A stretch of 64,000 nucleotides of DNA from an uncultured Chloroflexia bacterium (lineage in GTDB: Bacteria; Chloroflexota; Dehalococcoidia; GIF9; UBA5629). The stretch covers positions 110,544 to 174,543 of the forward strand of contig CAWKFY010000029.1 of the NCBI GenBank assembly GCA_963848815.1. The letters run 5' to 3'. Of this stretch, positions 26,790 to 36,503 are shown piece by piece (positions within the stretch are counted from its first letter, which is position 1; the number at the start of each line of letters is the position of its first letter). Under the pieces are notes generated by a model. The model ran no database searches, was not told the DNA's origin, and saw only the letters and a list, made by a program, of their open reading frames with translations. A program made the position numbers and the translations under genes.

Positions 26790-27461
26790 ATGGAGTTGTT
26801 TCTGGATACAGCAAATCTGGACGAAATAAAGGCGATTCTTCCTTGGGGGGTCATATCGGGCCTCACCACGAACCAGAAAATATTTCTTGCCGAAAAGGGG
26901 TGCAATTTCGAAGATAGGGTTAAATCAATCTTAGCTCTTATAGACGGCCCTGTTAGCGTTGAAGTTACGTCGGGTAGTTTGTCTGGGCTTGTGGAGGAGG
27001 CAAAAAATTTTTCTCGCTGGGGCAAAAAAATCGTGGTCAAGATTCCCATGTTTGGGAATGGGGATGGACTGAAAGCTACTGCCATACTTAGGCGTGAGGG
27101 TATTAAGACCAATATGACTGCCCTGATGAACCCTGGCCAGGCCTTGCTCGCTGCAAAATGCGGTGCCACGTATGCGAGTCTATTTTTCAACCGCATAAAA
27201 GATGCTGGACGAGATCCGAATCAAGTAATCCGGGATGCGCGAGTCTTAATTGATGCCGCACACTCCACAACCAAAATAATTGTTGGCAGCATCCGTAAGC
27301 CGGAAGATGTTTTTCATGCCGCTTTGGCTGGCGCTCATATTGTGACGGTACCATACAAAATAATGCTGCAAATGCCGTTCGATTCTAAGACGGAAGAGAC
27401 CATTGCCGAATTTGACCGTGCGTGGAAGGAATTTACCAGCGCAAGTGCTCAATCAACATAG
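26790..27461 (+). CDS. transaldolase type 3B / fructose-6-phosphate aldolase family
   Basis: The 223-aa ORF has MELFLDTANLDEIK and VKIP, with the Schiff-base lysine context typical of the short TalC/FSA subfamily. Confidence 0.8.
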   Translation: MELFLDTANLDEIKAILPWGVISGLTTNQKIFLAEKGCNFEDRVKSILALIDGPVSVEVTSGSLSGLVEEAKNFSRWGKKIVVKIPMFGNGDGLKATAILRREGIKTNMTALMNPGQALLAAKCGATYASLFFNRIKDAGRDPNQVIRDARVLIDAAHSTTKIIVGSIRKPEDVFHAALAGAHIVTVPYKIMLQMPFDSKTEETIAEFDRAWKEFTSASAQST

Positions 27462-27506
27462 TGGCCAATGGTATCTCAAGCAAGCCTAAAATTCGCCGTT
27501 ATTTAA

Positions 27507-28358
27507 ATGAAATTACAGGGGAAAGTAAGCATAGTAAGCGGAGCTGGCAGGGGAATCGGCGCGGCCATTGCTGTATCTTTTGCAAGGGAAGGGAGTGAAC
27601 TGGTATTGATATCCAGAACTATGCATGAACTCGAGCAAGTTGCGCAACAGGTTAGGAAGTATGGCAGGCGCGCCGTGGTGATAGAGGCCGATGTGTCGCT
27701 CACAGAGCAGGTCGAAAATATCTTTGAAGTTACAACTCAAGAGTTTGGTAGAATAGATGTTTTGGTCAACAATGCGGGAATTCAAGGCCCTATCGGACCA
27801 CTCATAGATAACGACATTACGGAATGGTTCGAATCTGTCAGGATAAACTTGTTCGGGAATTTCCTTCTCACGAGAATGGCAATTAGATCCATGAAGGAAC
27901 AGCGTTCAGGCAAGATAATAAATATCTCCGGTGGCGGAGCAACTTCTTCGCGCCCTTACTTCTCTTCATATGCAGTTTCCAAGGCAGCCATAGTGCGCCT
28001 GACGGAAGTAATTAGCGACGAGGTTAAGGAATACAATATACAGGTGAATGCAATTGCGCCAGGGTCGGTGAACACGCGTATGCTGCATGAGATTATAAAG
28101 GCCGGTGATGCCGCGGGCAAGGAGGCTGCGGTTTCTGCCAGGAAGCAACTGAAAACAGGAGGAGTCCCTCCTGAAAAGGCAGCAGCGCTCGCTGTATTTT
28201 TGGCTTCGAGCGATTCCGATGGGATTACAGGACGTCTATTAAGCGCAGTATGGGACAAGTGGCCGGAAACACCCAAACACCTGAGTGAAATAGCTGCTTC
28301 AGATGTATATATGTTACGTAGGATAGTGCCGAAGGATAGAGGATTTAACTGGGGATGA
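27507..28358 (+). CDS. SDR-family oxidoreductase
   Basis: The 283-aa ORF has VSGAGRGIGAAIA (TGxxxGxG), NNAG and YAVSKAA catalytic motifs. Confidence 0.8.
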   Translation: MKLQGKVSIVSGAGRGIGAAIAVSFAREGSELVLISRTMHELEQVAQQVRKYGRRAVVIEADVSLTEQVENIFEVTTQEFGRIDVLVNNAGIQGPIGPLIDNDITEWFESVRINLFGNFLLTRMAIRSMKEQRSGKIINISGGGATSSRPYFSSYAVSKAAIVRLTEVISDEVKEYNIQVNAIAPGSVNTRMLHEIIKAGDAAGKEAAVSARKQLKTGGVPPEKAAALAVFLASSDSDGITGRLLSAVWDKWPETPKHLSEIAASDVYMLRRIVPKDRGFNWG

Positions 28359-28407
28359 TAGGCAGCCAAAAGATGATTTTATATCGGCAGGTGGAGTATT
28401 TGAAAGT

Positions 28408-29409
28408 ATGAAAATAGGTTTAGTGGGAGCTGGTCTTCAAGGGCGCCGACGGGCACAGGCGATAAGGTCAGCCGGGCCGGCGGGGTTGTTAATCTACGAC
28501 ATAGATACGCAGAAGGCCAAGCGTCTCGCCGAAGAATTCAAGGGTGAAGTAGTTAGCAATTGGCAGGAATTAATGATCGATAAAGATGTGGACGTAGTCG
28601 TAGTCTGCACGCCGCCAGATTCTCATGCTGAGATAAGCATCATGGCCATGAATAACGGGAAACACGTACTTTGTGAGAAACCTTTGGCTCAGAAACTGTT
28701 GCAGGCCAAACAAATGCTTCGTGCGGCTAAGAAGAACAAGGTGAACTTAAAATGCGGGTTTAACTTGAGATTCCACCCTGGAATACGTCTGGTTAAGGAA
28801 TGGATTGATAACGGGGAAATAGGTGATCTTATATTCTTACGATGCCGCTATGGAATTGGTGGTAGACCGGATTACGATAAAGACTGGAGGGCGAACGCCA
28901 TGATATCTGGAGGAGGCCAGGTACTTGATCAAGGCATCCATATAATCGATCTATCCAGATGGTTTTTAGGCGACTTTATTGAGGTTGCCGCCTTGACGCA
29001 AACTGGTTATTGGGATATCTCTCCATTAGAAGACAATGCGTACGCCATCTTGTCAGGGAAGCGAGGGAATACAGCTTTTCTCCACGCTAGTTGGACACAG
29101 TGGATAAATCTTTTTTCTCTCGAGATATTTGGACGTGATGGTTATGCGATTGTAGAGGGTTTGGGGGGTAGCTATGGGAATGAAAAAGCTACACTAGGGA
29201 AAAGAATCTTCACGAAGCCGTTCGAGGAGAAAGTAGTATATTTTAGGGGAGCAGACGTGTCATGGGATGAGGAATGGAAAGAGTTTATTTCATCTATCAA
29301 AGAAAAGAGAGAGCCTGTTGCAAATGGACATGATGGCGTAGAAGCTTTAATAATAGCGGATGCTATTTACAAGAGTGCAAAAAGCAAACGTTTTATTCAA
29401 ATTAAGTGA
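28408..29409 (+). CDS. Gfo/Idh/MocA-family NAD(P)-dependent sugar oxidoreductase
   Basis: The 333-aa ORF has MKIGLVGAGLQG and HVLCEKPLA. It is a paralogue of 30932..31939. Confidence 0.8.
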   Translation: MKIGLVGAGLQGRRRAQAIRSAGPAGLLIYDIDTQKAKRLAEEFKGEVVSNWQELMIDKDVDVVVVCTPPDSHAEISIMAMNNGKHVLCEKPLAQKLLQAKQMLRAAKKNKVNLKCGFNLRFHPGIRLVKEWIDNGEIGDLIFLRCRYGIGGRPDYDKDWRANAMISGGGQVLDQGIHIIDLSRWFLGDFIEVAALTQTGYWDISPLEDNAYAILSGKRGNTAFLHASWTQWINLFSLEIFGRDGYAIVEGLGGSYGNEKATLGKRIFTKPFEEKVVYFRGADVSWDEEWKEFISSIKEKREPVANGHDGVEALIIADAIYKSAKSKRFIQIK

Positions 29410-29424
29410 GGAAATCGAGAAGGC

Positions 29425-30015
29425 ATGAATTGGAAAGAAGATATAATTAGACAGCTTGATGACAGCATCTCCCTTAAGCAAGCTCTAAAAAAGAATTACA
29501 AATCAATCGTGATTGTGGCTAGAACTATAGTAAAGTCTCTGAAAAATGGTCATAAGGTTCTGCTGTTTGGAAATGGAGGGTCCGCTGCCGATGCACAGCA
29601 TATTGCTGCCGAACTTGCAGGTCGGTTTTATATGGATCGTAAGCCGTTGCCGGCTATAGCTCTAACGACGAACACTTCAATCCTCACAGCGATAGCCAAC
29701 GATTACGGCTATGAAACTATATTTATACGTCAACTGCAGTCTCTGGTAGAAAAAGGTGACGTGGTCATTGCACTCAGTGTCGGTGGCAGTTCACCCAATG
29801 TTGTACTAGCCATTGCGGAGGCAAAACGTGCTAAAGCGATCACCATAGGCATTACTGGCAAAGGAGGCGGTGAAATCGGAAAGATGGTCGATCATTTGAT
29901 CGATGTGCCTTCCAGGGACACCCCCCGCGTTCAAGAGGCGCACATCACAATTGGTCATATCATTTGCTACCTTGTCGAGAAAGAGATCTTTAAGGTAAAA
30001 GGAGCTACACATTGA
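29425..30015 (+). CDS. gmhA: phosphoheptose isomerase (SIS domain)
   Basis: The 196-aa ORF has LLFGNGGSAADAQHIAAEL and SVGGSSPNV, which are typical of GmhA. Confidence 0.85.
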   Translation: MNWKEDIIRQLDDSISLKQALKKNYKSIVIVARTIVKSLKNGHKVLLFGNGGSAADAQHIAAELAGRFYMDRKPLPAIALTTNTSILTAIANDYGYETIFIRQLQSLVEKGDVVIALSVGGSSPNVVLAIAEAKRAKAITIGITGKGGGEIGKMVDHLIDVPSRDTPRVQEAHITIGHIICYLVEKEIFKVKGATH

Positions 30016-30914
30016 AATTTGCTCGTAAAAGAATTCTAATAACTGGTGGAAGTGGGCTGCTCGGACATACCATAGCCACACAGGCTGTCCGAAACTATGA
30101 TGTCTATGCCAGTTTCTGCAAGCATAGACCACAACTTACCGACTGCAACGTGCTTCAGTTTGATCTATGTGATTCGAATCAAGTTTTATTGACCTTAAGA
30201 GAGATAAAGCCGGATGTCGTAATACATACTGCGGCATTGCGGTCGATAGACTACTGTGAAAAGAATAAACAAGAAGCCGAGCTTATCAACGTGACAGGCG
30301 CAAAAAACATTGCCCTCGCATGCGCTGAATACAGTTCAAAGTTAATTCATATCTCCAGTGACTCGGTTTTCGAGGGAACAAGAGGTATGTATAAAGAAAC
30401 CGATGCACCCAACCCCGTAACATTCTATGGAACGACCAAACTGGAATCAGAGAAAAAGGTCCTGGAACAAAAGTCAGATTGCACTATTGTGAGAGTTAAT
30501 AGCATTTATGGCTGGAGCCTTTTTGGTCAGAGTATTGGCGAATGGATTCTTGCCGAGCTTCGGCAGGGAAAGTCAATAAAGATGTATCAGGATACCTATT
30601 TTACGCCCATACTTGCTAACAATCTTGCTATGGCCTTACTGGAGATCGCCGAGCGTGATTTATCTGGTGTATATCACATCTCTGGAAACCAGAGATGCAC
30701 CCGCTATGAATTGGCGCATGAGATAGCCGTAGTTTTTGAATTAGATGCGTCTTTGGTAGTACCGGTAAATCAAGCTGAGGTAGGACTGGCTGTGTCAAGG
30801 GGGAGAGATTCATCTTTGTGCATCGATAAAGTTAAGAAGGTGTTGAACACTCCACTTTTTAATCTAGCGGATGGGGTGCGAATGTTTAAACAAGTTGAAG
30901 GTATTAAATCATAA
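30012..30914 (+). CDS. RmlD-like NDP-4-keto-sugar reductase (extended SDR)
   Basis: The 300-aa ORF has ILITGGSGLLG, ISSDSVF and YGTTKLESE, matching RmlD substrate-binding domain architecture. Confidence 0.7.
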   Translation: MKFARKRILITGGSGLLGHTIATQAVRNYDVYASFCKHRPQLTDCNVLQFDLCDSNQVLLTLREIKPDVVIHTAALRSIDYCEKNKQEAELINVTGAKNIALACAEYSSKLIHISSDSVFEGTRGMYKETDAPNPVTFYGTTKLESEKKVLEQKSDCTIVRVNSIYGWSLFGQSIGEWILAELRQGKSIKMYQDTYFTPILANNLAMALLEIAERDLSGVYHISGNQRCTRYELAHEIAVVFELDASLVVPVNQAEVGLAVSRGRDSSLCIDKVKKVLNTPLFNLADGVRMFKQVEGIKS

Positions 30915-30931
30915 GTGTTGATGGAGTTAAT

Positions 30932-31939
30932 ATGAAAGTAGGATTAGTTGGCGCTGGTCGCCAGGGAAAGAGAAGAGCAGAGGCTCTAAGGCAGGCCGGC
31001 AATCAGCAGCTGGCTCTTGTAGTGGATACAGATATGCAGTTGGCCAAATCGCTTGCCGAAAGCTTTGGCTGCGCCATATCCAATGATTGGGAAGAAATAG
31101 CTCGTCGAGACGATATTGACGTCGCGCTTGTTTGTACTCCGCCGGACACGCATTACAAAATGTGCACTACTTACCTGAGCAGCGGTAAACACGTTCTTTG
31201 CGAAAAGCCCCTCTCCCGGACAGCAGAAGAGGCCTTAAATATAGTGAAAGCCGCCGAGAAAGCCAACAAAAAACTGAAATGTGGCTTCAATCTTCGATTT
31301 CATCCCGGCATCAAGCAGGCGAAAGAATGGGTGGACAATGGTATTATCGGAGATATGAATTTTATACGTTGCCGCTATGGCATCATGGGGATACCGGATA
31401 TCAAAAAGGACTGGCGCGGCGATCGCGAGAGGGCGGGTGGTGGTGAAATAATGGATCGAGGTGTGCATGTGCTGGATTTTTTCCACTGGTTCTTGGGGGA
31501 TTTTTCAGAGGTTGTAGGTTTTGCCGCCTCCAGGTACTGGGGTGAGGCTACTTTAGAGGATAACGGCTTTGCTCTATTGCGGACCGACAAGCAGCAGGTC
31601 GGCCTGATGCATGTAAGCTCAACACAGTGGAGAAACCTTTTCTCCCTGGAACTATACGGCAGCAACGGATACGTTATCATAGAGGGCTTGGGCTATGTGT
31701 ATGGCACTGAGCGGGTCATTCTGGGGAAGAAACCGATGATACCAGGTCCAAACCATGAAGAAGTGATCGAGTACCTCGGTCCTGATCAATCGTGGCTGGA
31801 GGAGTGGAAGGAGTTTGTCAAGGCGATCGAGCAGGATCGAGAGCCGTTAGGCAACGGATACGATGGGTGGCATGCGGTACGTTTGGTCAACGCCGTATAT
31901 GATTCAAATATTACCGGCAGTGTAGTCAAACTGAAATGA
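30932..31939 (+). CDS. Gfo/Idh/MocA-family NAD(P)-dependent sugar oxidoreductase (paralogue)
   Basis: The 335-aa ORF is collinear with 28408..29409 (MKVGLVGAGRQGKRRAEA, HVLCEKPL, KCGFNLRFHPGI, LFSLE.YG.NGY.I.EGLG). Confidence 0.8.
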   Translation: MKVGLVGAGRQGKRRAEALRQAGNQQLALVVDTDMQLAKSLAESFGCAISNDWEEIARRDDIDVALVCTPPDTHYKMCTTYLSSGKHVLCEKPLSRTAEEALNIVKAAEKANKKLKCGFNLRFHPGIKQAKEWVDNGIIGDMNFIRCRYGIMGIPDIKKDWRGDRERAGGGEIMDRGVHVLDFFHWFLGDFSEVVGFAASRYWGEATLEDNGFALLRTDKQQVGLMHVSSTQWRNLFSLELYGSNGYVIIEGLGYVYGTERVILGKKPMIPGPNHEEVIEYLGPDQSWLEEWKEFVKAIEQDREPLGNGYDGWHAVRLVNAVYDSNITGSVVKLK

Positions 31940-31960
31940 AATAAAAGAGGAAAGATTAAT

Positions 31961-32899
31961 TTGAGTAAGGCTCTTATCACTGGTTGCGATGGGCTAATTG
32001 GTTTTCACCTGGCGCATTTCCTTTTAGAACGAGGTATGTGCGTAATTGGTACTGTCTTTGAAAATCCCAGTATATTGGATGAAATAGCTAATAAAGCGAT
32101 TCTCATCCCCTGTGATTTCAGAGATAGACCTTCGGTAGAAGGTTTGGTTAAAGAAGCAAAGCCTGAATATATATTTCACTTGGCCGCGCAAAGTCTGGTA
32201 AAGCCTTCATGGGATGACCCGGTGAAGACTTTTACGACGAATATATTTGGTACACTATACTTACTTGAGGCGGTAAAAAAGGAGGGATTAAACCCCCGCA
32301 TTGTAGTAGCTTGCTCAAGCGCCGAGTATGGCACGACGCACGAGAATGAAATACCGATAAAAGAGACTAAAGAATTCCGACCCACGAGCCCATATGGGGT
32401 AAGTAAGATTGGCACTGACATGATTTCCCTGCTGTACTGGCATATTTTTGGAATGCAGATAGTCAGAGTGAGACCGTTCAATGTGACAGGTCCCGCCAAG
32501 ATGGCAGATGCGAGCTCAGATTTTGCTAGGGGAATCGTTGAAATAGAAAAGGGTACGAGGCGATTTTTAGAAGTGGGCAATGTTGATAGAATCAGAGATA
32601 TACTTGATGTTCGCGATGCGATAAATGCAATCTGGGTGCTGGCCGAGAGGGGTATCGCCGGCGAAGTGTACAACATTTGTTCCGGCCAAGGATATCAAAT
32701 CAGGGATATTCTTGAGAAATTGTTAGGCTTATCGTCAGTTAAAGTTGAAGTTAGAGTCTCAGAGGAAAAATTCCGTCCTGGTGATGAGCCTGTCTATATC
32801 GGAGACAACTCAAAGTTGCGCGATCTTGGCTGGCATAGTGAGTATTCAATTGATAGAACACTCTCCGATACTCTTCAGTTCTGGCGCAATCATATGTAA
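31961..32899 (+). CDS. NDP-sugar 4,6-dehydratase/reductase-like extended SDR (GMD/Rmd-like)
   Basis: The 312-aa ORF has a TTG start, ALITGCDGLIGFHL, CSSAEYG and YGVSK. Confidence 0.7.
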   Translation: MSKALITGCDGLIGFHLAHFLLERGMCVIGTVFENPSILDEIANKAILIPCDFRDRPSVEGLVKEAKPEYIFHLAAQSLVKPSWDDPVKTFTTNIFGTLYLLEAVKKEGLNPRIVVACSSAEYGTTHENEIPIKETKEFRPTSPYGVSKIGTDMISLLYWHIFGMQIVRVRPFNVTGPAKMADASSDFARGIVEIEKGTRRFLEVGNVDRIRDILDVRDAINAIWVLAERGIAGEVYNICSGQGYQIRDILEKLLGLSSVKVEVRVSEEKFRPGDEPVYIGDNSKLRDLGWHSEYSIDRTLSDTLQFWRNHM

Positions 32900-33066
32900 T
32901 TCGTAATCAAAGGGGTCCATGGGCATTTTTAAAGGAGTATCATCCTATGAAGAAGCCCCAATGCACGGCAGAGCAAATCGCCTTGAACTCAGACAGGCAG
33001 TAACCTTACCCCGTGATTAGAATCACTGCCACGTAGAATCCAGCTATTTGCTGGGGATATCTAATT

Positions 33067-34555
33067 TTATTGGGGCTTTGTAGCAAATATAATCATGTAA
33101 CCAATATCTAGGGCATAACCCTTGTTTTTAATAAACGAAGGCAGCAATACCGAAATGCCTTTGTAAATAATTTTCATCAACAGACTGTATTCTTGAACCT
33201 GGGAAAACAAATAATTGATCGATAATATTGTTTTTGCATTTTCAAAATGAATAGAGCGATATCCTGATTCGGATAAATTTTTGTATAGGTCATTTTTAGA
33301 AAATGACGCGTTATGCCTGGAGTAAAGCATCGGCCAGCGTCTGGTGATGAAATGATACAGCCAGTGTCTGGTACTGGGGATTGTTAAAACGAGCATGCCG
33401 CCTGGTTTTAAAATCTGCCAGATGTCTATTAAGAGTTGGTCTGGACTTCTGAGTCTGCCCCAGAATGTTAGATTCGGCGACCACATCAAATTGGGTAGGT
33501 AGCTCGTTAGATCGCAGACTAAGGTCTCCGTAGGTTATCCTTTTTTGGATGTCCGTTTCAAGGGCTGAAGTCGAAGAGCTGGAGCAATCAATTCCGTATG
33601 CGTCAAATCCGCTCTTAAGGGCTGCGCGCAGAAACAGGTGACAGGAATAACCCAGACACAGCATCATTCCAGCGGTTTTATGGGTTTGAACTCTCTTCAT
33701 GAGGCTTTCAAATGTCAATAATCTCAGATATGAAGCAGTTAAGCTCTTGTCTTCTATGTAAAAAAAAGATTTTAACGGTTGGTCTGCCGGTACCCTATTC
33801 AGCGCATCGACTATGGGGTCATCCAGATGACTGGCGCACTCTTTCATAATATATTCTTCTGTAACATTCCAGTTTTGATGGCCCAATTTGAGAGCTTTAT
33901 TTCTGGTGGAGATCCTGTTCCTGCGCTTTATCCTTCTCTCCAGGGCTATGGAAGGGTCCGCCATATACCAATGCGCTCCGGCGAACAATTCAGGCGACAT
34001 ATTGACATCCCCCACAACGAGGTGATTTCCGCGTAAGAGCTGGATTTTGCTCGAAGGCCTGATTATGATCGGCTTGATATACTCGGCATTTTTATCACGG
34101 TTGGGGTCTTGAGCATCAGTGTATAGATTGGGGTCGCCGTGAACTCTCTGGAGGAGTGGTGGCAAGTCGGGATTAAGATCTGCGTCCGTTCTGTGCCTGT
34201 AGACTTGAAACATTGCGGCCCTGACGATATTGTAATTCTGCCGCATCAGGAATTCAGCGCTTGGTTCATCAGGTGCAAAAATAAACTCATCCGGATCTAA
34301 GACAAACACCCAGTCGGCTTTCATATTATGCAAGGTCTCGTTAATCAGCTTGGCCTTATCCGTGTCATCAAGCCCGCCTTCTATATGGCAGTTCTCGATT
34401 GTGACGTTAGCTGCCTGCTTTAAAATAGCCAGTGATGAATCTGTGCTGTCCGTTTCATACAGGGCATGGATCTCATCTAGATAAGCATAATGGCGAAGGA
34501 AATAGGGTAAAATCAATGATTCGTCGTAAACCATTATTAAGGCCGCTATCTTCAT
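33067..34555 (-). pseudogene. glycosyltransferase (GT2-like, Glyco_tranf_2_4 type) fused to a class I SAM methyltransferase, interrupted by one frameshift
   Basis: Track ORF 33311..34555 carries the GT domain (VYDESLILPYFLRHY, VLDPDEF) and MTase motif I (LCLGYSCHLFLRAALKSGFDAYGIDCS), as far as ..FDVVAESNILGQ. The MTase continues in another frame as track ORF 33067..33489 (LRSPDQLLIDIWQILKPGGMLVLTIP..). The junction is near 33455 at a GGGG run. Confidence 0.7.
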
Positions 34556-35250
34556 TTATAAACTCCGGTTTCCCTCTTATTTGCCAATGATACGCAAAAC
34601 CATTGCTGTATCGGTCTTGTCGAAGACTCTGAATACAAAGATGAGTACAAAGTATAGTATTGTGAATATTGCTATTACTGCTGCCAGGTTGAGCGCGCTT
34701 AAAGCATATGCTGCTATGCCCATTAGTATGGTGGCCGTGAGTACCTTGATCACTAAAACCACCAAATGACCGACAGATATTTTGTTAGCGGCTTTGATGC
34801 CATGCAGGGTCTCATTTATTAAATTTGCCTTTTCCAGATCATCAAGCCCATTTTCTATATGACAGTTCTCGATTGTGACGTTAGCTGCCTGCTTTAAAAT
34901 AGCCAGTGATGAATCTGTGCTGTCCGTTTCATACAGGGCATGGATCTCATCTAGGTAGGCATAATGGCGAAGGAAATAGGGTAAAATCAATGATTCGTCG
35001 TAAACCATTGTTAAGGCTGCTATCTTCATTTAAGTACTCAACGTTTTTCTATTTACCGATTATATGCATGGCCATATCTATATCACTTTTATCAAAGACT
35101 CTAAATGCAAAGATTAATATAAAATATGCCAAGGCGGATATTATTATTACTACTGCCAAGTTAAGACTGCTCAAAGCAAATGTCAATATCCCCATCAGTA
35201 CGGTAGCTGCAAGTACTTTCAAAACTAGACTCAATGTGTGACGGATGGAC
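34316..35250. repeat. tandem duplication (period ~474 bp) of the flippase-3'end / GT-5'end junction
   Basis: Segment ~34386..34557 is nearly identical to ~34860..35031, with a handful of mismatches over ~170 bp and more diverged flanks back to 34316/34790. Segment 34577..34775 is a diverged copy of 35049..35250, the wzx 3' end. Confidence 0.8.
34577..35029 (-). pseudogene. chimeric remnant ORF: GT N-terminus (78 aa) fused in frame to the last two TM helices of a Wzx-like flippase
   Basis: The first ~78 residues of this 150-aa ORF nearly match the N-terminus of 33311..34555 (MKIAAL.MVYDESLILPYFLRHYAYLDEIHALYETDSTDSSLAILKQAANVTIENCHIE). The last ~65 residues parallel the C-terminus of 35049..36503 (..VLKVL.AT.LMGI...ALS.LNLA.VI.I....YF.LIF.FRVFDK.D..M...IIGK). 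Confidence 0.7.
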
Positions 35251-36503
35251 ACTTTATATCCCGTTACGAGTACGCTATACACTACTAAAATAAACATGAT
35301 GCACTCAACTAACATGCGTATCCAACTGGAAGCAATATAGCTATATTGTGGTATTAGTATTAAGTTGAATGCTATGCTCAATACCGCTCCAACGAAACTA
35401 ATTATTGTATTATTTATTTGGCGATTGATTGAACTCAAATAGATATTTAGAATAATATTGAGAAAGAAAACAATAAGGGCGGAAGATAATATTTGAAGCG
35501 TGATTGCTGCCGGCATATATTGCTGGCCATATATCTGATCGATAATGCGCGGCGCAAGTATGGCTAGACCTGCAGATATAGGTAGACCAATTATGAATGT
35601 ATACTTGCTTGATTTTTCCAGGGAAATCTTCAACGAGTCTTTCGATGATATATGGTAGTGTGACATAATCGGGAAAATAGCCGAGGTAAATGCATTAGGC
35701 AAAAACAATATTGCTAAAAATATCCGGGATCCGGCGCTATAGATGCCAACGATATCATTTCCTTGTATACTAGCTAAAATTACCGAATCGAACCATGTGT
35801 ATATGTTAGCGAACAGTATATGAAATCCGAAAGGTATAGTTTGATTTAAAGATGATTTCCAGAAAGTCCAGTCGAACTCTAATATATGTTGCCCCGCGTG
35901 AGGAATTTTACTGAAAATTATTAAATTTACAGTAACGAGATTGTAAAGTAGAACTATTGCACTGGCTACTAAAAATACGAGAGCATAACCGGGTACACTA
36001 AGCTGGTAATTTATTGCCACCAGCACACCGGCAAAAATAAGGAGGCTGTAGAGAAGCTGGCCGATTCCCGAATATTCCATCATTTGAAAAGCCTGGTAAA
36101 TTGAATAAAACATGTAGTTAAATGTGTTGAGAATCAGAGCAAAAGCAAGAACATATACAGCTATAATTGTTTCATGGGAGTGGCCGGTTAAATTTATTAT
36201 TAACGCTATCAAAATGAACGTGATGATACACAGGATAATCTTAAGGGCAACGGTGTTTGCCATATATTTAATAGCAAGGTTTTTATCGCGTGAAATTTCT
36301 CTAATGAGCAGTTGCTGAAGACCCCAATCATAGAATATGGAAAAGGTAGTGGTGAAGGCTATTGCAAATGAGAGCACGCCAAAATCCGCGGGCCCGAGGG
36401 CGCGAGCCGTATACATCATATAAAGGAAACCGAGAAGATAGCTTAACGCCTGCGCAATGAAAATGATTATTGAGTTTTTGGCGATGTTGCGGATTGTACT
36501 CAA
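35049..36503 (-). CDS. wzx: Wzx-like oligosaccharide flippase (MOP/polysaccharide biosynthesis protein family)
   Basis: The 484-aa ORF has about 12-14 TM helices and the typical N-terminus (IAKNSIIIFIAQALSYLLGFLYMMYTARALGPADFG). Confidence 0.8.
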   Translation of the reverse strand: MSTIRNIAKNSIIIFIAQALSYLLGFLYMMYTARALGPADFGVLSFAIAFTTTFSIFYDWGLQQLLIREISRDKNLAIKYMANTVALKIILCIITFILIALIINLTGHSHETIIAVYVLAFALILNTFNYMFYSIYQAFQMMEYSGIGQLLYSLLIFAGVLVAINYQLSVPGYALVFLVASAIVLLYNLVTVNLIIFSKIPHAGQHILEFDWTFWKSSLNQTIPFGFHILFANIYTWFDSVILASIQGNDIVGIYSAGSRIFLAILFLPNAFTSAIFPIMSHYHISSKDSLKISLEKSSKYTFIIGLPISAGLAILAPRIIDQIYGQQYMPAAITLQILSSALIVFFLNIILNIYLSSINRQINNTIISFVGAVLSIAFNLILIPQYSYIASSWIRMLVECIMFILVVYSVLVTGYKVSIRHTLSLVLKVLAATVLMGILTFALSSLNLAVVIIISALAYFILIFAFRVFDKSDIDMAMHIIGK

